Below are positions 15,935 to 29,219 of a stretch of DNA of 64,000 bases, piece after piece; positions within the stretch are counted from its first letter, which is position 1; every line of letters starts with the position of its first letter. The DNA comes from Lama guanicoe. Lineage: Eukaryota. The stretch lies in assembly GCA_013239625.1 (NCBI GenBank), contig MU054831.1, positions 807,457 through 871,456 on the forward strand, in the 5' to 3' direction. Both the position numbers and the translations under genes were made by a program. The notes under the pieces are model-generated. The model had not been told where the DNA came from. It ran no database searches and saw nothing but the letters and a program-made list of their open reading frames with translations.

Positions 15935-16320
15935 TTGGAGCCATTTCCCGGGCTGCGCTATGAGGCCCCACACCCTGGGGCTCCGACACAGAAAGCTGCT
16001 GCCTCTCAGCTCTGGGGGCTGGAGGCCCGAGACCCAGTGGGCAGGGCTGCTCCTTCCGAGGCCGGGAGGGAGAGTCTGCTCCCGCCTCTGCCCTTGGCTG
16101 TAGACGCTGTCTTCGCCTCAGGTCCTCATGTCATCTTCCCTCTGTGCGAGCCTGTGCCCTGCGTCCCTGTCTTACAAGGACACCAGTCACGTTGGACTGG
16201 GCTCATACCAATGACCTCATTCTAACTTGATTGCCCTGTAAAGGCTTTGTCTCTAAACATGTGTGCTGGGCTGGGACTTCAACAAACAGACCTGGGGGCG
16301 GACACAGCTCACCCGTAACT
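15935..16320 (-). mobile_element. MLT1-family (ERVL-MaLR) solo LTR, near full length
   Basis: Hallmarks such as CTTACAAGGACACCAGTCACGTTGGA...AATGACCTCATTCTAACTTGATT and GGACTTCAACA...GGACACAGCTCACCCGTAAC resemble the reverse complement of recalled MLT1A/B consensus. Confidence 0.8.
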
Positions 16321-16659
16321 CTTGGTGGGGGGCCAGGGCCCGAGAAGGGTGAGATCAGGCTGCCGAGGCCCTTCCCCAGCTCTGTGTTCTGAAAGAGCAG
16401 CTGCGCCCGTGGCCCCCAGGCCCACCGTCTCGGGGAGGGAGCCTCAGTGCCGCTGCCCGGTGGCGTGCCCACTGGGTGTGAGACGGGAGGAGAGGCGGGG
16501 CTGGACGCACCCGGCTGAGGCGCGCCGTGCTGTCGCGTGGGCAGGGGTTGGCCCGGCCAGGGTCTCCGATCTGGGCCTGGAGTGCCGGGGTCTCTGTGAC
16601 TCTCCTCTCTGTTCCTGACCACACATGGCCGTGTCCCCTCCCGCCTGCTTCACCCTCAG

Positions 16660-16778
16660 ATCGCGGTGGAGGTGACCCGGTCCTTCATCGAGTACGTCAG
16701 AAGTCAGCCCATCGTCTTCGAGGTCTTCGGCCACTACCAGCAGCATCCGTTCCCGCCCCTCTGCAAGGACGTGCTCAG
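16660..16778 (+). CDS. KIF1A: KIF1A coding exon
   Basis: tcag|ATCG...CTCAG|gtcagc; [39 protein letters not shown](S). Confidence 0.97.
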
Positions 16779-17775
16779 GTCAGCCGCCCGGGCACTGGGG
16801 CCGTGGGGGTCATCGTGGGGGTCGTGAGGGTCAGGGCCCCTCCCCTTCCGGGCCAGCAGGGCCGGCCCTCACCCTAGACAGGCCTGGTGGCGTCAGCAGA
16901 GCCATGTGCCTCCTAATGCCCCCCTCCCCATCAATGAACAGGGGGCCAGTTTCCCAGATCGACAGGACCCAGAGCGGGTCACAGGCCCCTCCGGACGGAA
17001 GGGGGATTTTCTGAAGAGGTCGCTGTCAGCCCCTTGCCTCGGTTGGCCGTGGGCAGTGTCCCGGGGTCGAGGAAAGCCAGGCGTGGGGCTGGAGGAAGCC
17101 AGGTGGCCCACAGAGGAGGCGGCCTCTGCTGCCCACTCAGAGCTCTGGTGAAGGGCCCAGGTGTTCCGTCCCCCAGAGCCCTCAACACCTGAGACTGAAA
17201 AAGGGACGTTCGTCCTGCTCCCTCGTTGCTGCCACCTGCTGGGGGCTCGGAGGGTGCGTCACGACCGCCCACCCTACCCCGAGTCAGGCGAGAACCCAGG
17301 ATGGGCGTCAGGGGCACCGGGACCCTCTATTGCCTCCCACACCTCCCTGCGCTCTCAGCTGACGTGAGGAACCAGCATGAAGCATCCGGGGTGCTGGGGA
17401 AAGAGAAGGGCCCTGAGAGGAGCTGGTTTTATGGCATTTGACCCCAGCAGCCTCGTCTGTGTTCGGGGTGCCAAGGGGGCTGTGTCCTAGAAGCCCCTGG
17501 ACCAAGAACCAGAGTCTGACCTCACCCAGTTCTCCTGGCCTCAGAGGGCCTCCTGGGCAGGGTCTGAGGGGTCCTCCTCCTCCATCCAAGCTGGTGGGGG
17601 CCTGAGACAGGGCCTTTCGCAGGCCCTGTGGGAGGCAGGGGGGAGCAGGCCCTTGCTTGGGGTCAGGATGCTGCTGGTCCCCTCTGCCAGCTCCTGCCCT
17701 CGGCTCCCCGCTGCAGCGCAGCGTCCTGCGGGCACAGCCCTCTGTTTCCTCACACTGGCGCTTCTGTCTCCACAG

Positions 17776-17831
17776 CCCCCTGAGGCCCTCACGGCGCCAC
17801 TTCCCACGTGTCATGCCACTGTCCAAGCCAG
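17776..17831 (+). CDS. KIF1A: KIF1A coding exon
   Basis: acag|CCCC...CCAG|gtaggt; PLRPSRRHFPRVMPLSKP. Confidence 0.97.
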
Positions 17832-18471
17832 GTAGGTGGGACTCTCCTGCGTGCACCCCCAGGCGGGTGGGCGGGTGCTGGGTGGATGCCGGGCGGGCAG
17901 ACCCTCCACAGCTGAGCACAGTTCTGGTGATGGCTCTGTGCTCTCCATGCTCCTGGGGCCACCCTGCACCTACTGGGCCTCGCAGGGTCCCCGTGGAGTG
18001 GGGGGCACAGGGTGAAGGCACAGGGACGCCGCTATGTCCTTCACCCCTTGCTATGCACAGGGCAGCAGGGTGCAGGTCGGGTGCCTGCCCTGTGCCCCCG
18101 TGAGGCTGCTAGCAGCAGGCAGAGAGTCACCGGGGGCCTCAGTGAGGCAGGGCCTCTGTGCTGGAAGCAGGTGTTTGGGAGCTGAAGCAGGCTGCGGCTG
18201 AAGGGGGCGCAGCGCTGGGCTCCGGGGCGGGTGCTGGGGCCTCCGATTGAGTGTGGCTGTGGGGTCTCAAGCCGCTGCCCACTCTTCAGGGGCCTGTGCC
18301 CAGGTGCATGTGGCCATGTGCCCCCCTCCCCGGGCACGAAGAAGCCAGCAGCCACATCTGTTCCTCGGGGTGGTCACCAAGGCCCGACTGCGCCCATCGT
18401 GGGGCGTCTGGGTTGTGGGTGGGGATCTACGAACGGCTTCTCTTGGAGGGAGATGCCCTCGCTGCTGCTGA

Positions 18472-19115
<644 letters not shown>

Positions 19116-19204
19116 TGAGGCGGGTGGGGGCTGCTCTGGGGGCTGGGCAGGGTTGGTGGGAAGAGCACAGACCCCCACCCCTACCCCCCCTCCCCGGGCC
19201 AGAC

Positions 19205-19300
19205 GCCTGAGTTCTGACTGCAGCTCTGCTCCTGGTGCTGTGTGACTTTGGCTGAGTCACTTAGCCTCTCTGTGCCTCAGTGCCTCCCCTGAAAAGAAGG
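19205..19300 (+). mobile_element. MIR SINE core fragment
   Basis: GCTGTGTGACTTTGGCTGAGTCACTTAGCCTCTCTGTGCCTCAGT resembles the MIR core. Confidence 0.8.
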
Positions 19301-19342
19301 ACCTGGATCCAGGTGATGACCCTACATTCCTATTTAATCACC

Positions 19343-19432
19343 GCATTAGTTTGCTAGGGCTGCTGTAACAAAGCGGCACGAACTGGGTGGCTTAAAACAA
19401 CAGAAACGTACCCTGCCGTGGTTCTGGCGGCT
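19343..19432 (-). mobile_element. MLT1 LTR 3'-end fragment
   Basis: ATTAGTTTGCTAGGGCTGCTGTAACAAAG...AACTGGGTGGCTTAAAACAACAGAAA is the typical MLT1 terminus. Confidence 0.8.
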
Positions 19433-21119
19433 TACGTCGCGAACTATTTCATCTACCAGAAATGCTTCTTTCGCCAAGCTGTAAAGAGCTTGTCCACATT
19501 CCATTCAAGGACAGGGACAGCTGTCCACTCCCATGTGTCATCGGCTTGAGGCCACCGCCCCGCCCTGCCCTGGAGCTGCGGGTCCCCGGAGGCCATGTGT
19601 CGGGTGTTTCTGTGTCCGGTGGGCCGCGGCTCACGGGCAGTGTCCCTGGGACTCGCAGAGGCGGCTCTGAGGGTGTAGCAGCAGGGCAGTGATGAGGGAC
19701 CCATTGTCCTGCAGCCTGAAGTGCGGGATTGTGGGCAGGGAGGTGGTGGGGGCCCCAGGACAAATGCTTTTATTCTAGACATTCGGTGTCTGTCTTCACA
19801 TGAAACAGAAAAAGGATAGAACAAACACACATATGCCCATCTCAGATGTTTTTAGGGCAAATCTAAAAACAGTGCATCAAGTTAAAGAAAAAGATTAAGC
19901 GGATGCCCAGCTCGCTGACTGACCCTCCGCACGTGGACGGGGACGGATGTCCGGGTGGGGCAGTGCCGCCTTCTCCTTGAGCCTGTTCTGCCTGGAGAGC
20001 CGGAGAGAAGGGTCTGCGCCTCCCGCTGACCTGGCTCAGGCCTGGGAGGGAGGCGACGAGCTTCCGTCCCTGGTGGAGTCTTCCCCTGACACCCCTCCCC
20101 GTTACCCTCAGTCCTAGGACAGTGACCGGTGTCCAAGTGTGTACACAGAGGCCACACCCTCACTGGCCTTGGGGAAGCCAGGCCCTGGTCCCAGGACCCC
20201 ACCTTCCTCTCTGCTCCCCTTACCCCCAGGCTGCCTCCCTTTCGAAAATGCGAACAGGAGTGTTTGTCTACGTGGTTGAAAGGGATTTAGGGAGATGCTG
20301 GTATGGACGCCAGGCCCTCACTCTGGGTTCAGGGGTTCGGGCTCTGCCTCTGTGGGCTCCATGAACCTCGCAGGCCTGTGAGTGCGTGGCTCGGCCTGTC
20401 CGGGGCTCCCTGGGCATCAGCGTTTTGTCGGGCTCTGAGCCAGCAGAGTCCCTCCTCTGGGCCTCCAGGGGGCGGGAGGGGGCGGACCGCAGCAGGGGCT
20501 CCTGGGGGCCCGCCCCCCTCAGCCTCCAGCCATGGGGACACACTGCTGGGGGGACACTTTTTAGGAAGCCCCCACCCGCCTCCTCCCAGAACTCAAATGT
20601 TGCAGGAGGCTTCCAGGAAGCCGAGCAGGCAGCCCTGGCTGCAGACGCAGAACCCCGGCCGAGCGCTGGGCTTTGCTTCGTCTCCTGGCGGGGAGGCTCG
20701 GTGACTCCTCTCTGGCTTAACAGAGAAAGCGAGCTAGTGCTTGTTCCTCAAGGAAGCAGAGCGGCCAGCTTAACCATCACCACCAGAGCAAGGCGTGAGG
20801 AGCGGGGCCGCCAGGCGGGAGCCCCGGCTGGCAGTGGTTCCGGCGCCTTTGCCGACGGAGCGGCCGCCGCGCGGCCGCCGTGCGCCCAGCTTGGGCAGCG
20901 GGGCGGGGGGCCCTGCGGGAAACGCCCCCGCGGGAGAGGCTCACGCCGCAGACGGTGCTTCCCGTCTTTCTTCTCTAAGCACGAGGAGGGAGCGCTTTCC
21001 TCTCGTCTTGCTCAGGTTTCCTTGTCCAACAGGTAGCAGGGCCTGTGAGTTCTAGGGTGAGTGACTGGACTCTGTCCGTTGGGGCCGAGGGAGACAGTGA
21101 GGGGGTCATTTGTGACTGA

Positions 21120-21401
<282 letters not shown>

Positions 21402-23736
21402 TGAGTCCCCTCGGGGGGCGGCAGCAGGTCTGTTCCCAACTCCCTGGAGACGGTCCAAGTCAGGACCAGGGTGTGTTCTCAGTCCGCCCACCTGGCCACG
21501 TGGGGTCCAGCCACGCAGGCTGTGTCCGGCCCCAAAGCCTTCCAGGACCCCCTTCCTGACATGTCCAGGAATGGGTGTGGGGTGGGGGGGCTCATGGCCT
21601 CGAAGTCCCCGGCGAGATGGTCTGCACGCTGTCCTGTCACCGGCTCATGCATTCACCCGGCCTGTTCAGTCGGTCATCTGATGGAGGGGTTGCGTGGGCG
21701 TTGCTGGTGGATGAGTTGGGTCCTGCCCTCAGGAGTACCGTGGGTGGGTGGGCAGCAAGGGGCAGTGGGTGGACAAACAGGCCTGGGTTTCCCAACCGCA
21801 CTGCTGCGGGCAAGTCTGTACCCTCTGCAGGGGTCCTCAGGCGGGGGTCTTGGAGGAGTTCAGAGCTGCACTGGGTCGGCAGTCTGGCGTCCCGGGGTGG
21901 GGGCGTGCCCACTGGCATGGCTTGGCACACGCTCCTTGTCACTGGGCTGCTCCTTTCCAAGCGCCCTGGTGATGGCCACGGTGTCCGCAGCTGGGCAACC
22001 TGAGCTCGACCGCACCTGGGGCAGCGGATGGGGCGCGGGAGCCCCTGGGGCCCCCCAGCCATCCATGACATACCAGCCCTGTCTCGTTTGCTAGGCTGGG
22101 CAGGCTCGAGGAGGAGGCATCAGGGGGCCGAGCAGGGGTGGGCAGCTCCCGGCTGCTGAGAGCGGCCCTCTTGGGGGGACGTTGGCAGGCTTGGCTGTGT
22201 CTCAGATGCTGCTTTCCTAGGGGTCTGGGGACATGGGGAGGATGCCCCTGAGACCCGAGGGCTTGACCTGGCCCCTGAGGCAGAGGCCGAGAGCTGGTCC
22301 TGAGCGCGAACGGCGGGTGGGCCCACAGCCCTACGTCTTGAGGGCTGGATGTGCTTGGAGCGGGGTGGGGGACCCCAGCCTTGCAAGGAGAGCCAGATCC
22401 TAAGGACAGAGGGTCCTGGGCCCAGGTGGAGCGCGTCTTCATAGGCTCCCCGGAGGGTGGGCATAAGGAAACCATTCTGCAGCGTGGGCAGCTGGGGGGC
22501 AAGGGCAGAGACCCCAGCAGGGGCAGGCGTGGCTCTGGTTCCAGCCTTGCTCAGGAACCTTCCAGAAGGAAGTCACCCTGTGCGTATGCCCGGAGGAGGG
22601 AGGGGCCGAGGTGAAGAGTGCTGGGGGTGTCCCCGCACGCAGCGGCGCCCTGGCAGGCTGGCTGGGCTTACGGGGGGGTGGTGAGACACAGTGTGGGTGG
22701 GCCTGACGCCGTGGGAACACACCCTGGGGACACTGCAGAGAGGGCCTGGCGCCCCCACGCAGGCTGCCCTGAGGGACATGGGCTGTGCCTGGGCCTTCAG
22801 GGGCGGGGACCCCGGGGAAGGTGGGCCCGGCAGGGCCTGTGCCACAGGGAGGGGAATGTCTGCCGCGCTGAGTCCACTTAGAGCTGGAGGATGCGCTCAA
22901 CATTCCCCCGACTTCTGACCCTTCCTTTGCCCTGGAAACGCCTAGATTCTTGGGGTGACAAAGGTGGTGGGGGGTGGCTTTGGGCCTCTGCCCTGCACTG
23001 TCCCTCTGCGCTGAAGTGTTTCTGGGTTCCCATCCTCCGGCCAGCACGGCTGCTCGGGGCACGTGGGGGCTGCGTCTCAGGCGCAGTCCTTGGCAGCTTA
23101 GGAGACTGCGCTGGACCTGGGCTCAATGGGGCTTTGGCTAGACAGCTTCGCCCCGTTCCTGGAAGCCCGAAGACTCGGGCTTCCGTCCTGCGGCCTGGGG
23201 GCTGTGGGGAGTGAGGCCCAGACCCTCAGGCCCAGGGGTGGAGAAGCACGCACATGGGCGGGGCCGGGGACCTTGCCTGCAGCCGCTTTGGCCCTGCTTG
23301 GCTCCTGCCGTGCTGCACAGGCCAGCACAGCCCCACCCCAGCCCTGCCCGGAGCAGCCTCAGGGACCTCTTAGTGGTTGTCCCCAGGCAGGCTCTGTTCT
23401 GAGGCTCCCCAGGGCCCTCCTCTTCCCTGGACCATGGCTGGCATCCTCGGAGCTGTGATGGGCCCGTCTGGTCTGACGGCGATCAGGCCGGCCCTTCTCC
23501 CCCGCAGGCGCAGAGGCTCTGAGACCCAGGCCTGGCTCGGGCCTCAGAGCCTCGGGCTGCCCACCTGCTTTGCTGCGGCCTTGGCCTCCTCCCGCTCCAA
23601 GGCCCCACGCTTGCCGCCTTCCCCGGCTCAGAGTGGGCCTGCCGCCGCGGACGGCTTCTCTCCGCGCTGCCCCGCTGCCCCGCTGCCCAGTGCCCGGCCC
23701 TGCCCTCACTAACCTGTGATTGTTTGTGTTTTGCAG

Positions 23737-23763
23737 GCAGTTTCTTGATTCGGACTTGCCTAG
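23737..23763 (+). CDS. KIF1A: KIF1A alternative 27-nt microexon (QFLDSDLP+R/S)
   Basis: Branch-point CACTAAC, UG/U-rich tract, ttgcag|GCAGTTTCTTGATTCGGACTTGCCTAG|gtatca; phase 2-2, frame-preserving; similar to recalled KIF1A isoform insert QFLDSDIP. Confidence 0.85.
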
Positions 23764-25572
23764 GTATCATTCGTGCCCCTTGGTTTTATTTCAGCCTCTC
23801 CTCCCCGTTCCCACGGCCCTGAAATTTCATTTCAGCTTCTGGATCCCTTCCACACTTGCTCCCCTCTCCCTCCTGTTCCTCCCACCTTCCTTGTTAGTTC
23901 ATTTCCTTGGAACTCTTCTTTGTTTTTAATTCTTTACGGCTTTCTTCCCCTCACCTTCCCTTGGCTGAGCCCCCGCCCCACTCTTGATTTTGCTGCTTTG
24001 GTAGTCCCCTGCCTTTCCTTAGACGCTGGCTGGCCTCCTGCTCCCCCGCCCCAGCCCTGCCCGCCCCTCCTCACCCTCCCCGAAGAGCGGGAGCAGGGGT
24101 CTTGCATGTGGGCTGGTCTGGTGGCCAGGCTGCCTCCGCTGCCCCCGCCCCACTCCCTGCAAAGTGAAAGAGAAAAGACGGGGAAGGGGCCGTGGTGGGT
24201 GCAGGACCAGGGGCAGACAGGAACAGCCCGGCCGGAGACCTCCACACTGCACCTCCCACCCTGGGTGTGAGCCCCTCGCCCGGCCAGGTGGGCGACTCCA
24301 GCCATGCTCCTGGTGTGGCTGCCACACACCCTTTTAGAAGTAGGTGGGGGTAAAGTCGTCAAGAGCCCAGGCTTTGCAGTCACTCAGAGGCACGGGCTCC
24401 TGGGCCAGGGACCGTGGATCCCTCCCCACCTTGAGTGAGGCCCTGGCCCGCGGCGGCCAGCTGCAGGGTCTGGAAGACCCTAGGGATGGACATCACGGTC
24501 CCTAATCCAGGCTTGTCTGTGAGACTCTAGTCTGTTCCTGGTGAAGGGTCAGGGCCGTCGCCTTCTGGGTCCCTGTGGGGGGTGCTGTGGGTCCCTGTTT
24601 TGAACGCTGAAAGGAGCAGCAGGGAGGCCCCCACAGGAGCGTCTGAGTCTTCAAGCTGCAGGGAGGGGGCAGGGCGGTGTCTGCCCTTTTCTGGACGGAG
24701 CCCCAGGCCAGGGTGGGGGCACAACAGGCCCTTCTGAGGCTAGTTTCCTTGTAGGTCACGGCTGTGATAGTCAGCACAGACGGTCACTGCGCATGTGCCC
24801 CGGGCAGTCGCAGCAGAGGCGCCGCAGGGCCGCGAGCAGGCCGCGGTTCCTTTGGTGTGTTCCCGAGGGCGCGCACACACAGGCGTCTTCTCCAGGAGCA
24901 GATCTTTTGCAAAGGCAGCTGCAGGCCCTCCCCGGGGACACCAGCTTGGTGAGGCAGAGACCCTGTCAAGGGAAACTGCGGTGGTGGCTGCACCGGAGGA
25001 GGGTCACAGCCCTGCAGGGTGGAGAGCAGGGACCTGGCTCTCTGGGGCAGTCTGGAAGGCTCCCTGGAGGTGACGGCCTGCTCGCTGGTCCTGGAGGGGA
25101 ACGGGCTGGCTGAGGCGGCTGCAGCCTGCCTAGGAAGGCTCTGGGGTGGGATCCCATCTGCTCAGGTTCATCCCTGGGGTGGACCCGGTTTAGCGCCTGT
25201 TTCCCTGATGAGTGGAAACTTCCAAGCCCATCAGTACGACTGCACGGTCGGGGGTGTGTGTGGACATTTTGTTCAAGTTTGCATTTCTACAATGGCCAGC
25301 ACGATAGAGGCGTGCTCTGGCTGGTCTTGGACACCCCCCTACAAATATCTTGCTCCTCCAGGAAGGTTCTGGGTAAAATGGAAACATACCCTGTGGCCAA
25401 GTGGAGACATGGCACCAGGGAAGGAGGGGGTCCTGTTTCCCTTCTCAGCAGGGCCTCCTTCGCCAGCCCCAGGCTTCACGAGGACCTCACCCCTGCCCCT
25501 GAGCAGGAGGCCCCTGTCCCCAATTTCAGAGGTGGGCTCACTGGCCCCCAGTGGACTTGGCCTCCAAGAGGG

Positions 25573-25734
25573 GGCTCGGGGTGCTGAGAGGGAGGAGGAG
25601 CCCCGAGATGGGCTAACTAGTGCCTCCTTCCCGGGCCCCGCTTTGCAGAGCAGGCTCGGGGCGCTGAGAGGGAGGAGGGGTCAGAGCCCTGAGACGGGCT
25701 GGTGCCTCCTTCCCGGGCCCCGTTCTGCAGGGCA
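25573..25734 (+). repeat. Imperfect ~80-bp tandem duplication (2 copies)
   Basis: GGCTCGGGG(T/C)GCTGAGAGGGAGGAGG...GTGCCTCCTTCCCGGGCCCCG..TGCAG.GCA starts at 25573 and again at 25653. Confidence 0.9.
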
Positions 25735-25899
25735 GGAAGCCCCTGTGCCGGGTGCCCCTACGTCGGGTCCGCCCCAGGCATGAACTAGAGCAGATGGGAC
25801 AAGCGGTGATGGACGAAGGGTCTTGTCCCAGACTCTTGGGCTGAGTGGGGTCCCGGGGCTGCACTGACTGGGCTGGGGAGGCCCGGCTGTGCCCTTGGC

Positions 25900-26040
25900 T
25901 GGCTGTGTGAATACGGGCAGGTGCAGAATGCTCTGGAACCTTGTTTTCTTCCTCCCGGTTAATGGGGAGTCTGTTGGGCCTTGCCTGAGGAGGCTGTGAG
26001 GTTAAATGAGGTGATGCACACAAAGCTCTCGCAGGGGCCT
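25900..26040 (+). mobile_element. MIR SINE fragment
   Basis: AATGGGGA...GCTGTGAGGTTAAATGAGGTGATGCACACAAAGC resembles the MIR 3' core. Confidence 0.7.
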
Positions 26041-29000
26041 CGCTTCTGCAGCTCTGTTCATGACCTTGTCAGCGTTTAATTGAAAACACTCCTAATTAAT
26101 TTAAAGCGCATAGCTCCTGAGCAGAAAGCCTACTGTTTGTATTAACCACTCCCGTCTTGCCAAAGGAGCCCCACTAAGATACGAGGGCCTCACACGCACA
26201 GCTCAGAGCCGCCCAAGACACGTGGAGGTGAGGAGGGGGTTTGTGACACAACCACGGTCTGCGAAGAGTCCGGTCACACTTGCCACCCTTCTACGCATCC
26301 TCCAGGCTCACGCTCCTGCCCGGGCTGCAGGGTTCCAGCTCCCAGAGCAGAAAGGGTCCGCCAGCCCCTCGAAGGTGTGGATTGTGAAGGAGGGGCTAGG
26401 GGGCAGGGCAGCCCACGGCGACCCCCACCCTTTCCGCCAGGCACGGGGTCGGATGCCCCAAGGGGTGCCGCAGCCCCCGGGGAGGGGTCCAGTTGCGGGT
26501 TCTCGTTGCGTCTCCCCTTCTGTCCTGCCGGGCGGTGCTGTCTACGGGGCCACAGAGCCCCTCAGCCACTCACCCACCCACGCACCCGTCACGTGTGAGC
26601 CGCATCCTTCCAGGCGTCAGGAAGGGGAATTCAGGCCTAAGCCGGGAATGGTCTGTCCCCAGGAAGCACAGAGCCTGGCCTGGGACTTCATTTGTCCCCT
26701 CTGCTCTCCTTCCTCCGGCCATGCGTGTGTCTGGTCCGACGTTGAGCAGAATTCCGAGGCTGAGGTTGGGGGCCGCCCCTGCTCTTAGCTGCGTGCCCGC
26801 GCTCCGGGGTCACGCCCCCACTGGACGGGGGACTGTCCTGGCTGCAGCCCAGGGGCTCAGCCCTGGCAGCCTTCCCATCAGGTCATTTTCCCCGAGAACC
26901 TGAGCCACTCCTGACAGTGACACTCTTTCGAGAAATGTACTTCCCGGAGCGTAACGAGCTTCTGGTTGAAACCTTGAGTGTGAGATTTAATTATCGGATT
27001 CTCAGCAGGCCCTTCCGCATCAGGACGCCCACCGTGGCTGCCTGTTGGCGCACAGGGCTGTGACGCTTGTCTTGTCTGAATGTGCTCGGATGGGCCCTCG
27101 GCAGCAGGTGAGGGACAGTCACATACAGAGTAACCAGGCGCTTGTGGTGGGAGCCTGGAGAGTCCATGGCAGCCAGCTGAGATGAGGACCAGCCCCCAGG
27201 CCCCCTGCAGCCGGCACATTGTGCGCAGGCGGGGCGAACGCGGGCTCCCATTCCACGAAGCCGAGAGGAAACGGAGCACCCGCCCACGACCCGCGGCCTG
27301 CTGGTGGCCGGGCCGCTGCCCGCCCGCACGGTCTCAGCCCTTGTGAGCTAGAATCGAGATGGGAAAAACGTTTTACAGCATATGACATTTTCTTTGTCAA
27401 CAAAACTTTTTAAGTGAGTTTCCAGTTTTCCCCCCACAGGTCCTCGTGTGTTTGAGGGCCGAGCTTTATGTCCTGGAGCTGCGTTGGGGGCAGCCCTGTT
27501 TCCGGGCTCCTGGCTGGAGGAGAGCCACCAGGAGGCCTCCTTGTCCAGGACCACGTCCCTGCCTGGCTCGAGGTGGTCCGAGTCAGGAAGTCAGCTGGAG
27601 GCTCTGGATGTGGACCAGCGGGTCCTGAGAAGAGGGGCCCCTGGCTCCTGGGCTCCCCCGCCCCAGAAGGGCTGTGCTCACAGGCATCTTCTGTCCAGCA
27701 GGGACCCACAGGACCCCCCACAGCTCCGTTGTGCACGCAGCCTGGCCCGCCCACTGCCCCTTTCTCTGAAACAGGGTGCCAGAGCACAGCACACAGTTTG
27801 AAGGGCAAAGGACTGGAAGTCCCGGGCAGGGGCCTGGGACGGCCTCGCTGGAGGGAGGCACGGGGCTGCCCCTGTTCCAGACCTGTTTCCCCGGAGTGGG
27901 CTGAATCCAGAGAGTCCGTGGGGTGACGGGCTGAGCCGATGGGGAAGCTTGGCTGCTCTGCTCGAGAGGCGACCCCACCCCCGAATTCCTACCTCCATGG
28001 GTTGGGGCCTGAGGACCTGCCTTTCTGACAAGTTCCCAGTGCTGGTGCTGGGGTCCAGGGACCCCATGTCTGGGCCACAACTTCCTCTCAGATTATTTTG
28101 GGGGCTGCCTGATTGTCACTCGGGCAGAGTGAGCCTCACTGCAGGGGGTGGAGGTGCCCTCCCTGGGTGACCTCACACCCAGAAAGACCCCAAGAGGGTC
28201 CTGTGCCTCTTCATGCTCAGGGGTCCTGGTGTGGTCGCCATACCTCCCAGGCACATCCTGCAGGCACAGGGGCTCTGTCTCAGCCCTGCTGAGTCCTGCC
28301 GCATGATCGAGGGGTACCAGTCAGGGCCTCCCACACCCTGCAAGTTCAGGGCCTCCCACGTAGCTACCTGAGTCCCACGTGGGGGGCTGCCACTTGGCCA
28401 CCCTGCTGAGGCGGGCTCCACTCAGGGCACTTGCAGGGGGAAGCAAGCCAGCAGTGTTCTTTAGCGATGTTGGAGGCAGGCGGATGGAGGGGGCAGCACT
28501 GAGCCAGGCCCTGGGCCAGCAGGAGGATTTGGGGCGGGCCTACGGGAAGCGGGGTGCTCAGGCTGGGCCCAGCGTGCCGTCGGGCCTCCTGGGGCAAGGG
28601 CTCATGATAACCGTGGTGCTGCTCAGGTCCTGTTCTCAGCTCTTCACTAGCTCCCTTAACCCGAAGGACGTCTCGACGCGGCAGGGACAGTGACTGCCCA
28701 TCGTCCACCCAGCAGGCAGGGCACAGGTGTCCGATGATAGGCCGAGGCATTTGGAGCTGGGCTGTCGGGGGGGCGTTTGTTCTGGGCTGAGCTGCAGTGG
28801 GCCTTGGGCTCTGTCCGCAGGCCTGGCCTCTCAGAGCTGGGGCATTTGGGGACTCGGGGACAGAGGGCATCCCTCTGGGTCAGGGTTGTGTCTCCAGGGA
28901 TGCCTGCCTGGTCCTGCTAGGGAAGGACCCAAGGCTCTTGCTGTGGATATGGGGGAAAGGGGCGCCTGCAGTGCCTGGGCTGGGGGCTCGGAGTGGGCTG

Positions 29001-29195
29001 TGCCCTCCTTGAGCCCCCCACCCCCGTGGGCCACGTCTGGGCCTCGGGGGACAGCGGTCAGCAGCCTCGTGGCCGGGTCGACATGGCGCCCGCCTGCTCC
29101 GTCAGTTAGCTGGTCTCTGGCCGGGTGATGGCGCGTGTTCTGACGTGAATTTCTTCTGTGTGTGTACGTGTGTGTCCTGGCCGCCTCACCGTTAG

Positions 29196-29219
29196 CGTTT
29201 CGTTCGGAAGTGACACTAG
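29196..29219 (+). CDS. KIF1A: KIF1A alternative 24-nt microexon (VSFGSDT+R)
   Basis: gttag|CGTTTCGTTCGGAAGTGACACTAG|gtacag; phase 2-2, frame-preserving; similar to recalled KIF1A isoform insert VS(F/L)G(N/S)DT. Confidence 0.8.
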
